Numbered from the stretch's first letter, positions 10,301 through 19,175 are shown. The stretch: DNA of 64,000 bases from Planctomycetota bacterium (GCA_016872595.1 VGZJ01000001.1:5117-69116); one strand, 5' to 3'. Program-made: numbers and translations. The notes: a model not told the origin generated them from the letters alone.

Positions 10301-11204
10301 GAACCCGGCGGGCGGTGGGGACACCAAGGGGCCGAAGGACCCGCCCAAGATCGACGACAAGACCAAGCAGGAGATCGAGAACGCGGTCAACGACCTCAAC
10401 AGCCCGGACCCGGACAAGAAGCGCGCCGCGCAGGAGAAGCTCGATAAGCTGGTCGGCGAGAAGAACCGCAAGGAGGCCGAGCAACTGATGCAAGACCTCA
10501 GGTCCGACGACAAGGACAAGCGCGAGGCCGCGCAGCAGAAACTCGACGAACTACGCAAGCAACTCGAAGGGAAGAAGGACGACGCCCCCACGAAGGGCAA
10601 GGAGCCGACGAAGGAGGAGATCGACGACCTCGTGAAGAAGGCGCAAGACCTGAACTCGCCGGACGAGGCCAAGCGGAAGCAGGCCGAAAAGGACCTCGAC
10701 GACAAGATCGGCGAGGAGGCGCGCAAGAAGCTCCAAGACGAGATGAAGAAGAAGGACATGATGCCGCCGGACCCGGAGCGGCTCAAGCGCGAGATGGAGG
10801 AGTGGAATAAGGGGCCGGGCCGCGGCACCCCGAACAAGGGGCCGATGGAGTCGGACGCTAAGAACCGGGCCAAGACCGCACAGCTGCAGTTGGAGGAGTT
10901 CAAGAAGGACGAGAACCGCGACCGGATCAAGAAGCAGAAGGACTGGACCGACGCGGAGTACGACAAGTTCATCAAAGACATGGAGCGGTACGTAGACGAG
11001 CTGAAGAAGGTGGCCGAACGGCCCGCCCCGGCCCCAGCGCCGTCGCCGAAGGACGCCAAGGACCCGGTGTTCAACCCCGGCACCGCCGGCAAGGTGGACG
11101 GCCCGCGCGGGATGGGCGACGCCGGCGTCGGCGGCCCCACGGTCGCCCCGCCGGGCTTCGAGGACCTGCGCAAGCGCTTCAACGACGCGCTCAAGAAGAA
11201 GTAA
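7302..11204 (+). CDS. large membrane-anchored protein (DUF4175-like architecture) with Pro/Lys/Asp-rich linker and C-terminal helical repeats
   Basis: GGAGG RBS; three N-terminal TM segments, beta-rich domains, low-complexity region, repeated LNSPD..KR..A..KLD units. Confidence 0.8.
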   Translation: MAAVLEKNDPAARHESQVDEQIAQASSRIRAHDLAFGGLVLVALVLVYAVAMILLDKYLVLPEWVRQGALGAFGALVGGTAYLALVRPLRKQINPLYAAKRVEGTIDDPKNSVTGYVDAREKGDLNGTVKAALASRAAAAAAAADVDRAVDHRSLRYLGGVAVACFLALVVLFFVFRGAQFMSLLGRTFVPFSSDPIATRTQLALVKPEPADPTITTGQSVTVQVRVEGRVPAADAPDKVRLLVRHNPADPNYEELPMVPGATNRDWELRVPDYLVQNGFWYKVRAGDAETPEYKVTVRALPAFTEFRATYEYPKYLRRAPDTVTEPAVRAPRGTTVTLTAKTNREVRSGDIVIDRAAPVAGAPVPNDPKALQFTFKVANSGSYKLVFVATNGERSADVFQAPITVESDHAPQVVITKPEEEETTAPANGQLAVDGKIGDDHGIATVALKMKLVAPVERPLPDVPYLNGTAPTFRRDKDGTFPTNLDYKGSVDLAKLTKDAAGVALKLDDKCVIEFWLEATDNCTEPKANVGKSAAKRLRLTPPVSEPMEQKTQDDRKNERKNEEQKHGNDQKQKLDNENRDPNKKDGQGGKTEPKTGKDGNDGKGGDPKGDVGKTADDLQRQLDREKNSGGDAKPNPSAATNPDERPNPAEQKPKPQDMPGMNGMNGAAEPKPEPKPTDPMQPPGMNPGAPAETKTQGDTKKPDEPGQQKPQPQPQGGTDPKTDKKDNAPAEERGAPGPGAGVPGNDKDPPPPAPKGGDPKRDPSNGGAGKPGTDPKDVPQPGAPKAGPPEAAPKPPVQEPKRGDEKPAPQQNPAEQPKPGAPEAGDGKPKTAPAPADTKPMPKDPMMMPGGADSDPKPAGGANDMKDPNGGTNAAETKPDDKKDAPTGTGGKPPEKGAEKPVPKDNKNEPNGGGTDAPMPKEKIDDKTRRDLEEAANNLNSPDENKRRDAQKKLDDAIGKDKREELEKLQKDLNSSDKATRDAARQKVEDLKKELDKKNPAGGGDTKGPKDPPKIDDKTKQEIENAVNDLNSPDPDKKRAAQEKLDKLVGEKNRKEAEQLMQDLRSDDKDKREAAQQKLDELRKQLEGKKDDAPTKGKEPTKEEIDDLVKKAQDLNSPDEAKRKQAEKDLDDKIGEEARKKLQDEMKKKDMMPPDPERLKREMEEWNKGPGRGTPNKGPMESDAKNRAKTAQLQLEEFKKDENRDRIKKQKDWTDAEYDKFIKDMERYVDELKKVAERPAPAPAPSPKDAKDPVFNPGTAGKVDGPRGMGDAGVGGPTVAPPGFEDLRKRFNDALKKK

Positions 11205-11212
11205 CGCGCCGA

Positions 11213-11256
11213 AGCCGTTCGTAGTGGCCCGCTTCAACGGATCGCTACGAACGGCT
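11213..11256. terminator. hairpin (terminator or REP) after the large gene
   Basis: AGCCGTTCGTAG / CTACGAACGGCT 12-bp inverted repeat. Confidence 0.55.
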
Positions 11257-11354
11257 CCATGGAGCCGCGCAATCTGGAAAGAAGTTCACATCTGGTCTAG
11301 ATTTCTTTACACACCAAGATTTAGTATACACCTGAGCGCACGGGGCGGGCGGCT

Positions 11355-11388
11355 CGTCGCCTTCTGTAGCCGGCCGCTGCGAGGCCGG
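11355..11388. repeat. REP-like element, CTTCTGTAGCCGG family
   Basis: CGTCGCCTTCTGTAGCCGG is identical to 19176-19194. Confidence 0.7.
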
Positions 11389-11485
11389 CAGCCAAACCGC
11401 GCGCGTCGCCCCGGCCTCAACGGGTTCGGATTCAGGAGCAATTCTGCGTCGTGCAGCCGAACCCACTTCGGCCCACTCCGTGCGC

Positions 11486-11576
11486 GTTGTGCAACCGATT
11501 TCGATTTCGCCCCGATTCGGCAGTGCACGGACGGGGCGAAGGGCACGGGTGTGTTGTGCAACCGATTTTGATTTCG
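11486..11576. repeat. pair of 24-nt direct repeats
   Basis: GTTGTGCAACCGATTT(C/T)GATTTCG at 11486-11509 and 11553-11576, one mismatch. Confidence 0.8.
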
Positions 11577-11605
11577 ATGTGCGGACGTTTCGGGGAGGGC
11601 CGTCG

Positions 11606-11897
11606 ATGGGCTGAGTGACGCTGGGGCGGGCCGCACTACTATCGCACCGTGAAGAGCATCGAGCGCGTCGTGAAGACGTACACGGGCACCGGCGTGGTCG
11701 GCGAGGAGGCCCCGCGCCTCGACGAGTTCGCGCGGATCGGGCGCACGCTGGGGATTGACCAGCGCAGCGCGACTCTGCCCGAGGATACTCGGTTGAACGA
11801 ACTGCGGGTACTGGCTGAACTGAAGCAGCACCAACCGGCCCGCGACCGCCGCGCGCCGCGCCGCTGCCACCGGACCGCGGGCGTTCTGATACGCTAA
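11606..11897 (+). pseudogene. decayed small gene, probably from a mobile element
   Basis: GGGGAGGG RBS, ATG GGC TGA (MG*, probably MGW), frameshift into RWGGPHYYRTVKSIERVVKTYTGTGVVGEEAPRLD. Confidence 0.5.
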
Positions 11898-11919
11898 CTG
11901 CACCTCCACGGGGTGCGCC

Positions 11920-13536
11920 ATGTCCGCGGCCAATCGCTATCTGGTTTCGTTCGACGCCCGCGACACGTTTCACCGCTTCGCGGACGTACTCGTCATCGGG
12001 GCCGGCATCGCCGGGCTGCGGGCGGCGCTCGAGGTCCCGCCCGACCTGTCGGTTCTCGTCGTCACCAAGGACCGTGTGACCGAGAGCAACAGTTCGTACG
12101 CGCAGGGCGGCATCGCCGGGGTGCGCGCGCCCGAGGACACGTTCGAGAACCACGTCGAAGACACTCTGATCGCCGGCGACGGGCTGTGCGACCGCGACGT
12201 GGTCGAACTGGTCGTGCGCGAGGCCCCGCACCAGATCGAGAAGCTGATCGAGTTCGGCACCAAGTTCGACGAGGAGAACGGCCGGCTCGCGCTGACCCGC
12301 GAGGGCGGGCACAGCCACCGGCGCATCGTCCACGCGCTCGGCGACAGCACCGGGTTCGAGATGATGCGCGCCACCATCGCCTACGCCCGCACGCGCCCGA
12401 ACGTCCGCATCTGGGACGACACGTTCACCATCGACCTGCTGACGCACGAGGGCGCGTGCCGCGGCGCGGTGGTCGCGCGCAACGGGACCGGCAAGTTCCT
12501 GATCTGGGCGAAGCAGGTGGTCCTCGCGTCCGGCGGGTGCGGAATGGTGTACCGCGAGACCACGAACCCCGCGGTCGCGACCGGCGACGGGATGGCCGCC
12601 GCGTACCGGGCCGGCGCGGACCTGCGCGACATGGAGTTCATGCAGTTCCACCCCACGGTCCTCTACGTCGCGGGGTCGGCGCGCTACCTCGTGAGCGAGG
12701 CGGTGCGCGGCGAGGGCGCGCACCTGCGCGACGTGAACGGGGTGCGGTTCATGCCCGACGCGGACCCGCGCGCCGAGCTCGCCCCGCGCGACGTGGTGGC
12801 CCGCGCCATCTTCCGCACGATGGAGAAGACTCAACACCCCAACGTGTACCTCGACCTGTCGCACCTCGACCCGGCGATGGTGCTGACGCGGTTCCCCGGC
12901 ATCAACCGGGTGTGCAAGGGCTTCGGCCTCGACATCACAAGGGACCGCGTCCCGGTGCGGCCCGGCGCGCACTATATGGTGGGGGGCGTGTCCGTGGACG
13001 CGCAGGGCCGCACCTCGGTGCCGGGGCTCTGGGCCGCGGGCGAAGTGACCAGCAGCGGGCTACACGGCGCGAACCGGCTGGCCTCGAACAGCCTGATCGA
13101 GGGGCTGGTGTACGGCACCAGTTGCGGGCGCGGCGCGGCCGAGGCGGTTCGCGCGATGCCGCGCGACCTGACCGCCCTGCCCTTGCGCTCGGCGGTCCCC
13201 GAAGCCGAACCGGACGCGCGGCTCGACGTGGCCGACCTCACGGCGGCGCTGCGGGCGCTGATGGTGCGCAAAATGGGCATCGTCCGCGACCGCGCGCGGC
13301 TGCTCGAAGCGAAAGAGGACTTAAGGTTCTGGTGCCGGTACGCGCTGTCGCGCGAGTTCGACGGCAAGGCCGGGTGGGAGCTTCAGAACCTGCTCACGGT
13401 GGCGCGGCTAATGGTCGCCGCGGCACTGGCGCGCGACGAGTCGCGCGGCACGCACTTTCGCAGCGACTTCCCGGCGCGCGACGACGCCCGCTGGGGCCTG
13501 CGGCACGTGACGAGCGAGCCGTTCGTCTCGCTGTGA
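11920..13536 (+). CDS. nadB: L-aspartate oxidase
   Basis: GAGIAG, SSYAQGGIA, REGGHS, QFHPT, ELAPRDVV, GLHGANRLASNSL, ESRGTHFR. Confidence 0.96.
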   Translation: MSAANRYLVSFDARDTFHRFADVLVIGAGIAGLRAALEVPPDLSVLVVTKDRVTESNSSYAQGGIAGVRAPEDTFENHVEDTLIAGDGLCDRDVVELVVREAPHQIEKLIEFGTKFDEENGRLALTREGGHSHRRIVHALGDSTGFEMMRATIAYARTRPNVRIWDDTFTIDLLTHEGACRGAVVARNGTGKFLIWAKQVVLASGGCGMVYRETTNPAVATGDGMAAAYRAGADLRDMEFMQFHPTVLYVAGSARYLVSEAVRGEGAHLRDVNGVRFMPDADPRAELAPRDVVARAIFRTMEKTQHPNVYLDLSHLDPAMVLTRFPGINRVCKGFGLDITRDRVPVRPGAHYMVGGVSVDAQGRTSVPGLWAAGEVTSSGLHGANRLASNSLIEGLVYGTSCGRGAAEAVRAMPRDLTALPLRSAVPEAEPDARLDVADLTAALRALMVRKMGIVRDRARLLEAKEDLRFWCRYALSREFDGKAGWELQNLLTVARLMVAAALARDESRGTHFRSDFPARDDARWGLRHVTSEPFVSL

Positions 13537-13609
13537 CATTTTCGCCCAATCCGTTACGCCCGGTTCGTCGTCTGCCCTGTATCGCCCGTTACACTCCGAG
13601 GATTCTGCC

Positions 13610-14191
13610 GTGACGAAGATGCTGCTGCTCGCGGTCGCCGCGCTGTTCGGGTTCGGCACCGCCGCCCGCGCCGACGACAAAAACCCCATCGTGCTCAAGG
13701 TCGTTACCAAGAGCGACAAATACAAACTCGACCTCGGCGGCAAGACCGCGGAGGAGTACAAGAAGGCGCTCGAGGACGCGGCGAAGAAGTCGGCGGCCGG
13801 CGAGTTGCTCCGCCCGCCCGCGCCGCCGAAGGTGGACTTCGTGTTGGAGATCAAGAACACGGGCAAGGAAGCGGTCACGATCTTCGTCGGCGGCGACCCG
13901 AACGTGTACACGTTCGAACTGACCGGCGGCGCGGGCAGCGTGACCATGAACAGCGGGCTGGCGTTCACGGCCGACTTCCGCCTGCCGAAGGAAGTGACGC
14001 TGGCCGCGGGCAAGACCTACGAGATCGCCATCAAGCAACTGTCCGACGGGAGCCGCGGCGCGAGCCGGTTCGTGTACTGGACCGGGCCGGGCGAGTACAA
14101 GTTGACCGCGAGCTACTCGCTGGCCGACAAGGACGGGGGCAAGGGCGCGGTGCTCAAGAGCGAGGCGGTGAAGATCACCGTCGAGAAGTAA
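13610..14191 (+). CDS. exported hypothetical protein
   Basis: Signal peptide ending ARA-DD; beta-rich mature part; strong codon bias. Confidence 0.8.
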   Translation: MTKMLLLAVAALFGFGTAARADDKNPIVLKVVTKSDKYKLDLGGKTAEEYKKALEDAAKKSAAGELLRPPAPPKVDFVLEIKNTGKEAVTIFVGGDPNVYTFELTGGAGSVTMNSGLAFTADFRLPKEVTLAAGKTYEIAIKQLSDGSRGASRFVYWTGPGEYKLTASYSLADKDGGKGAVLKSEAVKITVEK

Positions 14192-14233
14192 GCGAACCAC
14201 AGCGCCGCGCGGGGCGTCTTGTGCGATACGCAC

Positions 14234-14261
14234 TTGACTCCCCCACGCAGCGGCGTACCGT
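14234..14261 (+). promoter_or_regulatory. putative sigma70 promoter of the cimA leader
   Basis: TTGACT-N16-TACCGT upstream of the leader ORF. Confidence 0.5.
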
Positions 14262-14283
14262 TACTTCGAGAGAGACAATTATC

Positions 14284-14358
14284 GTGCCGACCGTTTTCCC
14301 TACCCCCGCCGCTCGCGCCGCCGTGATTGGCGTCGTAGTCGTCATTACCACCGGGTAA
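14284..14358 (+). CDS. putative attenuator leader peptide (24 aa, Val/Ile/Thr-rich)
   Basis: GTG start; MPTVFPTPAARAAVIGVVVVITTG*; lies directly before an antiterminator/terminator pair and cimA. Confidence 0.8.
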   Translation: MPTVFPTPAARAAVIGVVVVITTG

Positions 14359-14359
14359 A

Positions 14360-14416
14360 CGGGGTCGGCCGAAGGTACAGCCACACGACCCCGGAGCGAA
14401 CGCTTCGGGGTTTTTT
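14360..14416 (+). terminator. attenuator: overlapping antiterminator and intrinsic terminator
   Basis: Terminator ACCCCGGAGCG-AA-CGCTTCGGGGT plus T-run (14388-14416); antiterminator CGGGGTCG (14360-14367) pairs with CGACCCCG (14386-14393). Confidence 0.85.
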
Positions 14417-14435
14417 CGTTCCCGCGCGAGGCCGC

Positions 14436-16007
14436 ATGAGCCGCGTTTCCATCTACGACACGACGTTGCGCGACGGAAGCCAAGGCGAGGGCGTGAACTT
14501 CTCGCTCCAAGACAAACTGCTGCTCACGCGGCGGCTCGACGAGATCGGCGTCGATTACATCGAGGGCGGCTACCCGCTGTCGAACCCGAAGGACGCGGAG
14601 TACTTCCGCGCCGTGCGCGAGTTGCCGCTGGCGCACGCCGCGGTCGTGGCGTTCGGGATGACGCGCAAGAAGACCGGCACCGCGGCCGGCGACACCGGGC
14701 TGAACGCCCTGCTCGCAGCCGAAACGCCGGTCGTCACCATCGTCGGGAAAACGTGGGACTTCCACGTTACGAACGTGCTGGGCGCGACGCTCGACGAGAA
14801 CGTCGCGATGATCGCGGACTCTGTCGCCCACTGCCGCGCCGCCGGGCGCGAGGTGTTCTACGACGCGGAACACTTCTTCGACGGCTACCGTGCGAACCCG
14901 GAGTACGCGCTACGCACGCTCCGGGCCGCGGCCGACGCCGGAGCGCGTGTGGTGATCCTGTGCGACACCAACGGCGGCACGATGCCGGAGCGCGTCGCAG
15001 AGGTGGTGGCGCGTGTGAAGAGCGAGCTATCGTGCGAGGTCGGCATCCACTGCCACAACGACTGCGAACTCGCGGTGGCGAACTCGCTAGCCGCAGTGCG
15101 GGCGGGCGCGGCACAGGTACAGGGCACGATGAACGGCATCGGCGAGCGGTGCGGTAACGTCGATCTGGTGAGCGTGATCGCCAACCTCGCGCTCAAGTAC
15201 GGGCGCGAGGTGCTGAAGCCCGGCAGCCTCGCGCGGCTGACGGAAACGTCGCGATACGTGTACGAACTGGCGAACATGAACTTCCGCAGCGGGCAGCCGT
15301 TCGTCGGGCAGAGCGCGTTCGCCCACAAGGGGGGGATGCACACGCACGCGGTCGCCAAAGACCCGGCGACCTACGAGCACATCGCCCCCGAGGCGGTCGG
15401 CAACGAGCGGCGGATTCTGGTGTCCGAGCTGTCCGGGCACTCGACGATCCTGACGAAGACGACGAAGTACGCGGTGAGCCACGACAAGGCGCTGATGACG
15501 AAGATTCTGGGCGCGGTGCAAGACCTCGAACACGCCGGGTACGAGTTCGAGGCGGCGGAAGCCTCCTTCGACTTGCTGGTGAAGAAGGCCGCGGGGCTGT
15601 ACACGCCGTGGTTCGAGCGCGCCGCGTACCGCGTCAACATCGAGGCCGGCGCGGACGGCGCGCCGACCACCGAGGCGACCGTGAAGCTGCACGTCGGGGG
15701 GCGCGTCGAGCACACCGTGAGCGAGGGCGACGGCCCGGTGAACGCGCTCGACGGCGCGCTCCGCAAGGCGCTGGTTCCAAACTTCCCGCGGCTCGATGAG
15801 ATGCAGCTCGTCGATTACAAGGTGCGCGTGGTGAACGCAAAGGCCGGCACCGCGGCCCGCGTGCGCGTGGTGATCGAGTCCCGCGACGGCACCGACGTGT
15901 GGGGCACCGTGGGCGTGAGCGAGAACGTCATCGAGGCAAGCTGGCTCGCACTGGTGGACAGCATCGAATACAAACTGTTCAAGGACGAGGAGCAGTCTGC
16001 AAAGTAG
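14436..16007 (+). CDS. cimA: citramalate synthase
   Basis: DTTLRDGSQGEG, YDAEHFFDG, CDTNGG, HCHND, GERCGN, AFAHKGGMH, GDGPVNALD. Confidence 0.93.
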   Translation: MSRVSIYDTTLRDGSQGEGVNFSLQDKLLLTRRLDEIGVDYIEGGYPLSNPKDAEYFRAVRELPLAHAAVVAFGMTRKKTGTAAGDTGLNALLAAETPVVTIVGKTWDFHVTNVLGATLDENVAMIADSVAHCRAAGREVFYDAEHFFDGYRANPEYALRTLRAAADAGARVVILCDTNGGTMPERVAEVVARVKSELSCEVGIHCHNDCELAVANSLAAVRAGAAQVQGTMNGIGERCGNVDLVSVIANLALKYGREVLKPGSLARLTETSRYVYELANMNFRSGQPFVGQSAFAHKGGMHTHAVAKDPATYEHIAPEAVGNERRILVSELSGHSTILTKTTKYAVSHDKALMTKILGAVQDLEHAGYEFEAAEASFDLLVKKAAGLYTPWFERAAYRVNIEAGADGAPTTEATVKLHVGGRVEHTVSEGDGPVNALDGALRKALVPNFPRLDEMQLVDYKVRVVNAKAGTAARVRVVIESRDGTDVWGTVGVSENVIEASWLALVDSIEYKLFKDEEQSAK

Positions 16008-16064
16008 GAGGCACGCTCCGTGTGCCGTCGCTACTCACGGCACACGGAGTGTGCCTCCTACTTT
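16001..16064. repeat. REP-like palindrome (28-bp arms) overlapping the cimA stop codon
   Basis: AAAGTAGGAGGCACGCTCCGTGTGCCGT / ACGGCACACGGAGTGTGCCTCCTACTTT, one G-T mismatch. Confidence 0.85.
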
Positions 16065-16087
16065 GATAGACAGGGGAAACAACGATC

Positions 16088-19000
16088 ATGGCGACCGAAC
16101 TTCCGAAGGCGTACGACCCGAAGGCCGCGCAGGAAAAGTGGCTCACGTTCTGGGAACAGAAGGGCTACTTTCACAGCACGCCCGATGCAACGAAGAAGCC
16201 GTTCACCATCGTGATCCCGCCGCCGAACGTGACCGGCGCGCTGCACATGGGGCACGCGCTCAACAACACGCTCCAAGACGTGCTGATTCGCTGGAAGCGG
16301 ATGCAAGGCTTCAATGCCCTGTGGATGCCCGGCACCGACCACGCCGGCATCGCGACACAGTCCGTGGTGGAACGGCTGGTGCTTCAGCAGGAGAAGAAGA
16401 ACCGCCACGACCTCGGCCGCGACGAACTCGTGCGCCGCATCTGGGAGTGGAAGGACAAGTACGAGGCCCGCATCCTCGGCCAGCTCCGCGAGATCGGCGC
16501 GAGCGCCGATTGGAAGCGCACGCGCTTCACGCTCGACCCGGTATGCGCGCGGGCCGTGCGCGAGACCTTCTTCCGCATGTTCCGTGACGGCTACATCTAT
16601 CGCGGCAAGCGCCTCGTGAACTGGGACACGCACCTTCAGACCAGCGTGGCCGACGACGAAACCGACACGGTGGACACCAAGGGCGGGTTCTGGACGTTCA
16701 AGTATCAGGTGGACGGCGAAGCCGACACGTTCATCTCGTTCAGCACGACGCGCCCGGAGACGATGCTCGGCGACAGCGCGCTGTGCGTGCATCCAAGCGA
16801 CGAGCGCTACAAGCACCTCGTCGGCAAGACGGTGACGCAGCCGCACACTGGGCGCAAGATTCCGATCATCGCGGACGGCCAGCTCGCGGACCCGAAGCTC
16901 GGTACGGGTTGCGTGAAGGTGACGCCGGCGCACGACCCCAACGACTACGCCTGTTGGCAGCGGCACCCGGAAATCGCCGTCATCAACATCCTGAACCCGG
17001 ACGGCACGATCAACGAGAACGGCGGCGAGTACAAGGGGCTGGACCGCGCCAAGGCCCGCGACGCCGTGACCGAGAAGATGAAGGAACTCGGCCTTTACAT
17101 CGACCGCGCCGACCGCGACATCCCGCTCAAGATCAGCGACCGCAGCAAGACGCCGATCGAGCCGTACCTGTCGGACCAGTGGTTCGTGAAGATGGCCGAC
17201 CGCGACGACGCCAAGCCCGGCCTCGCGCAGATGACGATGGACGCCGTGACATCTGGGAAGGTGAAGTTCTTCCCCGAGCGCTACGCGCGCTCGTACCTCG
17301 ACTGGCTCGGCGAGAAGCGCGACTGGTGCATCAGTCGCCAACTCTGGTGGGGCCACCGCATCCCAGTGTGGCAGTCGAAGCCGATGCGCGACAAGGACAC
17401 AGTCGCGATTGCTGAGCGGCGGCTTACTCAGTGCAGTGCGCTCAGCAACGCGGTTGCAAACGAGCGGGCGTTCATCAAACTTGAGATCAACACCGAGGGC
17501 GCTGAACCGACGCTTCTAAAGAGTGATGCAGGTGCCTTCGGCGCAGTGGCAACTGCCACGAACTACATCTATGTGTGCCTTGCTGAACCGAACCCGACGG
17601 CAGAACAAGAGCTATCTGGACTCGGCTATCAGCAATCAGAGGATGTGCTCGACACATGGTTCTCGTCGGCCCTGTGGCCGCACAGCACGTTGGGCTGGCC
17701 GGGGCCGACGCTGCCGGAGGAGCGCGCCGAACGCACCGCGCCCGACTGGGACGCGATGCGCGCCTACTACCCCACCAGCACGCTGGTGACGAGCCGCGAC
17801 ATCATCACGCTGTGGGTGGCGCGTATGGTGCTAACCGGCCTCTACAACGTGGGCGACATCCCGTTCCATCAGGTGTACATCACGCCGAAGGTGCTCGACG
17901 GCTTCGGCGAGACGATGAGCAAGTCGAAGGGGAACGGGGTGGACCCGCTCGACATCATCGACCTGTACGGCACCGACGCCATGCGCTACGGCATGGTGAA
18001 ACTCGCCACCGAGACGCAGGACTCGAAGCTGCCCGTGGCGAACATCTGCCCGCACTGCAAGAAAGACGTGGCAGTGAAGCAAGAGCACATGTACATGCGG
18101 ACCAAGAAGCTCACTTGCCCTGAGTGCAAGAAGGAGTTCCGCCCCGGCGGGCCGTGGCCGACCGAAGACCCCGACCGCCCCACCGCGAAGCAAGGCTCAG
18201 ACCGCTTCGAGGAGGGTCGGAACTTCGCGAACAAGATGTGGAACGCGACGCGGTTCCTGCTGATGAACCTTGAGGGCTACACCCCCGGCCCGGTGAAGCT
18301 GGAGGAACTGCCCACCGAGGACAAGTGGCTGCTGTCGCGGCTCGCGACCACCACGAAGGCCGTGACCGCGGCGCTCGAGGGGTACAAGTTCAGCGACGTG
18401 GCCCGGCTCGTCTACGACTTCGTGTGGAGCGAGTTCTGCGACTGGTACATCGAGATGAGTAAGGGCCGGCTCAAAGACGCCGCCGCGCGCCCGCAAGCGC
18501 AGCGTGTGCTGGCCGGCGTGCTCGACGGTATCTTGCGGCTGGTGCAGCCGGTGATGCCGTTCGTGTCCGAATCGCTTTGGGAGGCGCTGCGCGACGCGGC
18601 CCCCGAGCGCGGGCTGCCGACCCCGGCGCGCGCGGAAGAGGCCGCTTGTATTGCCAAGTGGCCGTCGTACCCGGAGGCGTGGATCAGCGCCGACGTGGAG
18701 GCCCGGTTCGCGCGGATGCAAGAGCTGGTGCGCGGGGTGCGCGAGGTGCGGAACCGCTATCAGGTGGACGACAAGACGAAGCTCGACGTGGCCGTGAAGT
18801 GCAGCACGGACGTGGCCGCGGAGTTCAACGCGCTGGCCGCGTTCATCGGCCCGCTCGCCAGCATCTCCAACCTGACCGCGGGGCCGGCGGTGCCCAAGCC
18901 GAAGCCGTCCGGCGGCGTGGTGCGCCCGGAGTTCGAGGCGTACGTGGCGCTCGCCGGCCACATCGACGAAGCGGCCGAAGCGAAGCGCCTTGAGAAGCAG

Positions 19001-19171
19001 ATCGCCGACAAGAAGAAGTCGCTGGAGGGAACGAAGGCGAAGCTCGCCAACGAGAAGTTCGTGAGCAGCGCGCCCGCCGAGGTGGTACAGGCCCAGCGCG
19101 ACCTGCTGGCCGACATCGAGAAGCAAATCGCCTCGCTGGAAGAGAACCTGAAGGAGCTGAAGGGCGAGTAA
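16088..19171 (+). CDS. valS: valine--tRNA ligase
   Basis: PPPNVTGALHMGH, GTDHAGIATQ, DWCISRQLWWGHRIP, DVLDTWFSS, TMSKS, C-terminal coiled coil. Confidence 0.98.
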   Translation: MATELPKAYDPKAAQEKWLTFWEQKGYFHSTPDATKKPFTIVIPPPNVTGALHMGHALNNTLQDVLIRWKRMQGFNALWMPGTDHAGIATQSVVERLVLQQEKKNRHDLGRDELVRRIWEWKDKYEARILGQLREIGASADWKRTRFTLDPVCARAVRETFFRMFRDGYIYRGKRLVNWDTHLQTSVADDETDTVDTKGGFWTFKYQVDGEADTFISFSTTRPETMLGDSALCVHPSDERYKHLVGKTVTQPHTGRKIPIIADGQLADPKLGTGCVKVTPAHDPNDYACWQRHPEIAVINILNPDGTINENGGEYKGLDRAKARDAVTEKMKELGLYIDRADRDIPLKISDRSKTPIEPYLSDQWFVKMADRDDAKPGLAQMTMDAVTSGKVKFFPERYARSYLDWLGEKRDWCISRQLWWGHRIPVWQSKPMRDKDTVAIAERRLTQCSALSNAVANERAFIKLEINTEGAEPTLLKSDAGAFGAVATATNYIYVCLAEPNPTAEQELSGLGYQQSEDVLDTWFSSALWPHSTLGWPGPTLPEERAERTAPDWDAMRAYYPTSTLVTSRDIITLWVARMVLTGLYNVGDIPFHQVYITPKVLDGFGETMSKSKGNGVDPLDIIDLYGTDAMRYGMVKLATETQDSKLPVANICPHCKKDVAVKQEHMYMRTKKLTCPECKKEFRPGGPWPTEDPDRPTAKQGSDRFEEGRNFANKMWNATRFLLMNLEGYTPGPVKLEELPTEDKWLLSRLATTTKAVTAALEGYKFSDVARLVYDFVWSEFCDWYIEMSKGRLKDAAARPQAQRVLAGVLDGILRLVQPVMPFVSESLWEALRDAAPERGLPTPARAEEAACIAKWPSYPEAWISADVEARFARMQELVRGVREVRNRYQVDDKTKLDVAVKCSTDVAAEFNALAAFIGPLASISNLTAGPAVPKPKPSGGVVRPEFEAYVALAGHIDEAAEAKRLEKQIADKKKSLEGTKAKLANEKFVSSAPAEVVQAQRDLLADIEKQIASLEENLKELKGE

Positions 19172-19175
19172 TGCG

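Noticed and set aside
11486..11576. Mini-CRISPR array
   Set aside because: Only two 24-nt repeats, no third unit at the same period and no cas genes in the window
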